The position numbers and the translations under genes were made by a program. Below the pieces are notes generated by a model. The model ran no database searches and was not told the origin of the DNA. It worked only from the letters and a program-made list of their open reading frames with translations. A stretch of DNA of 64,000 bases from a bacterium (lineage in GTDB: Bacteria > SM23-31): NCBI GenBank assembly GCA_028278455.1, contig JANQEH010000058.1, positions 906 to 64,905 of the forward strand. The letters run 5' to 3'. Within the stretch, counting starts at the first letter, position 1; every line of letters begins with the position of its first letter. Shown here piece after piece: positions 58,808 through 64,000 of the stretch.

Positions 58808-60202
58808 ATGAGATCACCATTACGCAGGATGACTGTATTGATTCTGCTAATAATTGCATTCCTTTTATCATATTCGCCGGTGTCCCATGCCCAGGTCGGG
58901 GATATTTCAGGTATAAAAGTCAGTCTCGTCTTCAATAATGTCCCGCTCAGAGATGCGTTGTTGGGGATTGCTGAACAAACCGGAGTATCTATAATATTTT
59001 CTGACGATCTTGTCAAAGATAAAACTGTTGGGGCAGAATTCAGGGAAGCGGGACTGGAATTCGTATTGAGGAGACTTCTGAGAAGTAACGGACTGTATTT
59101 CACGGTGAGCACTAATTCCCAGGTAATAATTCATCAGCAGCCGTACCCGGGTTTGGAAAGCACGATAATCACGGGTAGAGTAGTGAACCGCAATACCGGT
59201 GAACCTCTGGAGTTGGTTAATGTATATATAGCCAATACATTTCTCGGCGCTGCTACCGATAAGGACGGCCTTTATTCAATCACAAACATACCCGAAGGTA
59301 ATCATACTCTAGTGGTTTCGATGGTTGGATACGAAACCGAAGAAAAGAAGATCAGGTATACTTTTCCTACATATGAGAGGATAGACTTTGCCGTGACTGA
59401 AAAGGTCGATGTGCAGGATGAGGTGGTTGTTACAGCTACGTCGCCACAGAACTGGAAGAAATATTTCGCAGATTTCGAAAGGGCATTTATCGGAGAATCG
59501 AGAAACGCAAAAAAGACTGAAATACTGAATCCGGAGGTCCTTGAATTCGACTATAATGAAGAATACGATATTCTTACTGCGAAGGCTAATGAAGCACTTG
59601 TCATCGAAAATGAATCTCTGGGCTACAGACTGTATTATACCCTGAAGGAATTTGTGATGACGGATAGATATCTTGCATACAAAGGGTATCCGAAATTCAT
59701 GAATCTCATACCGGATAATCTCACAGATGCTGTTGAATGGCGGGAGAACCGTGATAAGACCTATAAAGGCTCGATGCGGCATTTTCTCAGAATTCTGATT
59801 CATGGTGATGTGAATAGTACAGACTTTGACGTTCGGGAAGTGAAAATAGAAAAGGAAACCGACTCCCTCTATACTTTTAGGCATCGAAGATATTACAACT
59901 ACATTAAAAGCGGAGGAAGGATCAAGATAGTAAGGGAAGTCAGAAAATGGGGGAGGATAAATATCTCAGTGATCCCGGGTGAGATCGATTCAGAATGGAC
60001 ACTGAAATTCAAGAATTATCTGAAGGTAATTTATAAGTACAGAACAAATAGCTCGGTTATCGGATTATGGGGTGATTCCGCACTGCTCCACGAGAAAGGT
60101 TATCTGTATGAACCGTATGATCTGCTTGTTACGGGAAAATGGGCCGAAAGCCGGATCTCCGACCTTTTACCGTTCGAATATGATCCCGAAAAGGGGAGAT
60201 GA
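58808..60202 (+). CDS. Secreted protein with STN and CarboxypepD_reg-like domains
   Basis: PLRDAL..IAEQTGVSI (STN); ITGRVV...TGEPL...GAATDKDG.Y; LLPFEYDP; start estimated. Confidence 0.8.
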   Translation: MRSPLRRMTVLILLIIAFLLSYSPVSHAQVGDISGIKVSLVFNNVPLRDALLGIAEQTGVSIIFSDDLVKDKTVGAEFREAGLEFVLRRLLRSNGLYFTVSTNSQVIIHQQPYPGLESTIITGRVVNRNTGEPLELVNVYIANTFLGAATDKDGLYSITNIPEGNHTLVVSMVGYETEEKKIRYTFPTYERIDFAVTEKVDVQDEVVVTATSPQNWKKYFADFERAFIGESRNAKKTEILNPEVLEFDYNEEYDILTAKANEALVIENESLGYRLYYTLKEFVMTDRYLAYKGYPKFMNLIPDNLTDAVEWRENRDKTYKGSMRHFLRILIHGDVNSTDFDVREVKIEKETDSLYTFRHRRYYNYIKSGGRIKIVREVRKWGRINISVIPGEIDSEWTLKFKNYLKVIYKYRTNSSVIGLWGDSALLHEKGYLYEPYDLLVTGKWAESRISDLLPFEYDPEKGR

Positions 60203-60324
60203 TATTCTGAACGTATGACGTAGAAGAGTACAGACCTGTATTAATAGAGAATACTGCAATAATCTGTATGAAATTGAGCCATCAAGTTCTTTATCCATTA
60301 TGATTTTTACTTTGGAGGTACATC

Positions 60325-61072
60325 ATGAATTCGAAAAGGAATCAATATAAGGGAATACCTGTTCGGATTCTATCTGTGCTGATACTAATATCCTTATCCG
60401 GCTTTTATTATCCTGCAGGAGCGCAGAGCTTCAGACCGGTAATGGCTATTGAAGACTTTCCCAGGAACTTTTCTCTTTATATCGGATCTAGGCCCAGCGG
60501 CCCTGCCGGAGATGTTGAACAGGCAATGAGGGATTCTGAATTCAACGATGTAACCTCACCCACCGGGTGCGGCAGGAATTTCCTAACTCAAAAACCGGGA
60601 TGGATGAATTCGGCTCCTTCCCCTGGCTGGTATCGATCCAGCGCTCGATCAATGAACAATTCAGCGCGGGATTGACGGTAAGCTGGAAAAGAATCGGGAA
60701 AGGGATGACTATTATTACCTTGCGGTTGAATACTCGGTTCTGAAGATCGCACCGGTTATGGAATTCAGGCTGAACAGATTTATAAGTGTTGGCTTAGGCA
60801 CGGCGCTGTATATTGCTGAATTCAGCCAGGTAGAGCCGAATGATGAAGTATCATCAAGAAATCAGAATATCGGGTATATTGCGGATATCGGTTTACTGCT
60901 GCCGTCGAAGGGAAGGTCATATTTCGAGGTTAAATGGCAGTTCCGTGGAGTAGGTGGGACAAATATCGGTCCTTATGATGTTACTATTCTGTCAGGCAGT
61001 GTGAATTTCACGGGAGCGAAAGCTTCTTTCAATCACAGCTACCTCGGTGTAGGATTCGGCTTCAGGTTTTAG
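60325..61072 (+). pseudogene. Outer-membrane beta-barrel gene broken by two frameshifts (~60560, ~60700)
   Basis: Signal peptide in frame A; EFPNSKTG...PWLVSIQR in frame B; DDYYYLAVEYSVLKIAPVMEF...GVGFGFRF in frame C. Confidence 0.7.
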
Positions 61073-61091
61073 GTTGATTCCGGAGAAAAAT

Positions 61092-61278
61092 GTCCCGGAA
61101 GGGACAATTGACAATAGCCCATCGATTTATCGATGCGTAATGAGTTAATACGTAATTGCGTCCTGAAGGGACGCTTGAAATTGTAAGGGATAGATTCAAC
61201 CCTCCCTTCAGGACGATATCAATAAGTTGGATTTACCCCGCAATAAATTCCAGGGCTATTTTCATACGATCCCCAGGA
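61092..61278. mobile_element. Non-autonomous palindromic element (IS200/RAYT-associated MITE/REPIN-like)
   Basis: Nested inverted repeats: AATAGCCC...GGGCTATT and CGTCCTGAAGGGACGCTTGAA / TTCAACCCTCCCTTCAGGACG; GTCCC-GGAA-GGGAC terminal hairpin. Confidence 0.65.
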
Positions 61279-61369
61279 GAATGGCAATTGAAAATGGATC
61301 CCACCCGCCATTTGCAGGACAGGAATACGAAATGTGAAGATTTTTGGAGGGAATGAATAACCGAAATAT

Positions 61370-61909
61370 TTATCCCTTCTGGCCTGTGAACCAGTCATCC
61401 CGGCTCTTGAAAAGGACATTGAATGTCGTAAGAGTACCGTATATCCTCGTGATATACTGCTGGAATTCGACTTTTTCCTCGTCTGTCAGCTTTCCATTGG
61501 AATTGATCTTCTGTTCCATAACGCGTATCCGGTCGCGGATCATAACGATCTTATGAAAAAAAGCTTCGATGGGTACTTCCTTCGGCTGGAGGTCGTCCTG
61601 ATTCGGGTAAAACACCATTTTACCACCGGTCCACCTGTCTCCGAGTTCTACTTCGCTTACGGGAAGCTCTTCGTTTAATACTTCCCGGATAGCGTCTTTA
61701 AGGTCTTCGTAATTGAATCCTTCGGAAGCAGACTTTATTTTACCCACAATTTTATCTTCGGTTACGGTTATCGCCTTTTTACCTTCATTCTCAAAATCTA
61801 CGAACCACTTGGGCTGAGGATCGGTTTCGAGTATTTTTACGATTCTGCCTTTACCGAATACACTGTGTTCAAAAGTGTCTCCGGCTCTGAATGATCTCAA
61901 GTCTTCCAT
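61370..61909 (-). CDS. Conserved hypothetical protein
   Basis: H.VFG.G SH3-like N-domain; FFHKIVMIRDRIRVMEQKIN...QQYITRIYGTLTTFNVLF. Confidence 0.8.
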   Translation of the reverse strand: MEDLRSFRAGDTFEHSVFGKGRIVKILETDPQPKWFVDFENEGKKAITVTEDKIVGKIKSASEGFNYEDLKDAIREVLNEELPVSEVELGDRWTGGKMVFYPNQDDLQPKEVPIEAFFHKIVMIRDRIRVMEQKINSNGKLTDEEKVEFQQYITRIYGTLTTFNVLFKSRDDWFTGQKG

Positions 61910-62104
61910 AAATAGTAGCTCCTGCTGATCTCCTGTGTTTTATACGTTATATAGAATAGCTATGATATATAATAAAGAATACGGGAAATAAAATCAATGG
62001 TGATTTATTTAAATTGATCTATAATCCCGGATTGATTGTTTAGGATTTATTTATTAACTTACAATTAGATATTTTTATGACATTATATAATAAGGATAAT
62101 TATA

Positions 62105-62368
62105 ATGGAAATCAGTTTTGCCGTAGAAGGAACAGAGATTAACATAGAAAACTTCGAGGATGATGAAACAAAGCAGGCCGCTTATGATTTCAAGGCTAAA
62201 ATGGAGGCTATACTGAAAGACTTCAGGTGTCCTGAACACGATAAGTCCGGAAAAATCGTATTTAATATGACAGTGCCGGATGTGGAGAGTATTAACGCTG
62301 TCGAGGTTTTCGGCTGTTGTACTGATTTTAAAATGGCAGTGATCGACAAAGTTACCGAAGAGGAATGA
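62105..62368 (+). CDS. Small acidic hypothetical protein with CPEH...CC motif
   Basis: AAGGA RBS; 87 aa; RCPEH and GCC possible metal ligands. Confidence 0.7.
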   Translation: MEISFAVEGTEINIENFEDDETKQAAYDFKAKMEAILKDFRCPEHDKSGKIVFNMTVPDVESINAVEVFGCCTDFKMAVIDKVTEEE

Positions 62369-62380
62369 TCAGGGCGGGGA

Positions 62381-62656
62381 TCATTTTTTCTTCTCTTCTT
62401 CCTGCTGAAAAAAATCCTTTGCCTGTTTTTTCAGGATTTTCAGATCCTCATAGACTGTAGTAAGCGCATACTCAAATTCCGCAAGTGTCTGGCATTTTTC
62501 GGATAGAACAACGAGATTTTTTGTCCTGCCTTCCTTATTTCTGAAAGAACCCCTCTTTTCCTCAACGAGTCCGATTTGCGCTGTCCTCGGTTTAATCTCG
62601 TCACCAACTATATTCTTATATATACTTTCCATGAATACCAGTTTCTTTGTCTCCAT
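62381..62656 (-). CDS. Hypothetical protein
   Basis: GGAG RBS; 91 aa, convergent with previous gene. Confidence 0.6.
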   Translation of the reverse strand: METKKLVFMESIYKNIVGDEIKPRTAQIGLVEEKRGSFRNKEGRTKNLVVLSEKCQTLAEFEYALTTVYEDLKILKKQAKDFFQQEEEKKK

Positions 62657-62876
62657 TTGGATCTCCGGCTAAATAATATGATTTTGGGGTGCGTAATTAA
62701 AAATATTTATTCTGTATCCAAAAGTAAAGTAAAATTTTTTGAAACCGAGATCCGTACTCTTATTCTAAGTCTATATCCAATGTATAAAAAAATAGTCAAT
62801 CCCCAGAGTCCCACTTTTCTAACGGGATTTTTGTGATTACTTTTTCTGGATCTAACCGGGAAAACACTGCAAAATT

Positions 62877-62903
62877 TAAGCTGAAATTCAGAAATTCCGA
62901 TAA
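62877..62903 (+). promoter_or_regulatory. Putative sigma28 (FliA) promoter
   Basis: TAAG-N15-TCCGATAA. Confidence 0.6.
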
Positions 62904-63049
62904 TATTAACAGGACAGGAAAGTCCACTTTGAGCAGTAGACGGCAATTAATCGGCGGTTTTCGGAGAATAATCAGATACCGCAAGGATGCGCCGGATGCT
63001 CTGGATGACCGTCGTAAACATTGATCAACGTATAAAGGGGGTGGTTAAT

Positions 63050-63232
63050 GTGTATGGCGAAGTTGACAATTATTACAGGATCAGGCCTGTAAATCAGAGA
63101 TATAACTTTAATGAGCGACGTAACAAAAAAAACGGTAACTTTAAGAAAAAATTCGAAGATTATTTTGATGAAGCAAAAAACAAAAAAGACGATCAAGTAC
63201 CTGAAAAAGACCACGTCGACATTAAGTCTTAG
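63050..63232 (+). CDS. Small hydrophilic protein ending HVDIKS
   Basis: AGGGGG RBS before GTG 63050; C-terminal VDI.. motif as in small flagellar-regulon proteins. Confidence 0.55.
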   Translation: MYGEVDNYYRIRPVNQRYNFNERRNKKNGNFKKKFEDYFDEAKNKKDDQVPEKDHVDIKS

Positions 63233-63377
63233 CGGGTATTCCGGAAAGAACCGTCATAACCTGCTTCACGGTAAACCGGTTTCAGGGCTTTCGCGGAATG
63301 TAAATTTATATTCTTCCGGGAGAGAGCACAGGATTATGGATCCTTTTGCGTGCGCTTCCAATGTATTCTGACAAAAG

Positions 63378-63695
63378 CTATTTCCTTTTGAATTGACCGT
63401 ACAGCAAGAAGAACAAAGATAATAATCCCATTAAAAGAAGCGCAAGCAAAGCATATACCTTCCACCCTGTTATACCTTCTTCTATCAATCTGCCTGATAA
63501 TATTGTCCTGATCCAATATGCAAGAAATATAAGAACAATAGCCATAGTCAGCAGCGTATTCCGCCGCATCTTCCGTGAGACACCGGTATCATCGGTCTTA
63601 GTGTTTCCAAGCTTCATTCTCACAACAAAAGCTATTATCAGAGTCACCATGAGAAAAAGACCTGTAAAGATCTTTATTATATTTTCAATCTCCAT
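63378..63695 (-). CDS. Hypothetical 3-TM membrane protein
   Basis: Three hydrophobic helices; AGGTG RBS before MEIENII. Confidence 0.65.
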   Translation of the reverse strand: MEIENIIKIFTGLFLMVTLIIAFVVRMKLGNTKTDDTGVSRKMRRNTLLTMAIVLIFLAYWIRTILSGRLIEEGITGWKVYALLALLLMGLLSLFFLLYGQFKRK

Positions 63696-64000
63696 CTGCA
63701 CCTGAAAAGGGGTTGTTCTATATAATTCTATATGCTTCCAAAGGTAATATTTAAGTTGACTTTCTCCAAATGATTTTCTAAGTTTCATGCTTTATGTTGT
63801 GTCCTTTTTTCAGGGATACCCCGGGCAAAATTGAATAAATTTCCGATATTCTTGTATCACTATTTAATTTTTGAAAATCCCTTTATATAAATTCATGACA
63901 TTTCTTTGATAGAATTTTTGATTCTGACCTTTCAATTATACAGAAAATGAGATCAGCTCTATAATAATTTTTAAACTTCTTATTTATTTTGAACGGAGGT

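Noticed and set aside
61156-61419. ORFs 61156..61356 and 61219..61419
   Set aside because: Fall within the palindromic element; likely spurious
1-64000. CRISPR array, tRNA, rRNA, integrase or transposase genes
   Set aside because: No regularly spaced repeats, cloverleaf/rRNA signatures or recombinase motifs recognised by eye

Overview
Bacterial chromosomal window, AT-rich by eye. It probably comes from an anaerobic, uncultured FCB-superphylum organism (KSB1/Calditrichota/Latescibacterota-like); this is inferred from four secreted proteins ending in the 'N(Y/F)PNPFNP...KM.L.K' sorting domain, TonB paralogs and a DUF5916 protein. Main content, left to right: OCD-family enzyme, PLP decarboxylase, Zur-ZnuACB operon, a PHP-GT/GT4/flippase/B12-radical-SAM lipid cluster, a corrinoid methyltransferase operon (non-Pyl MttB, MetH reactivation domain, corrinoid protein, Hcy-methyltransferase) divergent from YeiH transporter, small protein, histidine-ammonia-lyase-like enzyme and FTCD, then orphan CheB and response regulators, three PadR + orphan MacB/FtsX permease modules, a matrixin-like protease island, two TonB genes and a cluster of CTD-bearing surface proteins. 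Best leads: (1) a possible methyl-histidine demethylation/catabolism locus whose lyase has Ala-Cys-Gly in place of the Ala-Ser-Gly MIO triad and whose FTCD carries an inserted C2H2 zinc-finger pattern; (2) PadR-permease modules, each with its own 17-bp operator pair, an ECF-like promoter and a conserved internal RBS+ATG suggesting long and short permease isoforms; (3) an unannotated sigma54-driven sRNA candidate with anti-SD motifs; (4) sigma28/CsrA-type leaders; (5) cassette-like reuse of promoter and CTD DNA among secreted proteins; (6) at least five families of REP/MITE-like palindromes. No rRNA, tRNA, CRISPR, integrase or transposase was recognised. All calls come from reading motifs by eye; no searches were run.
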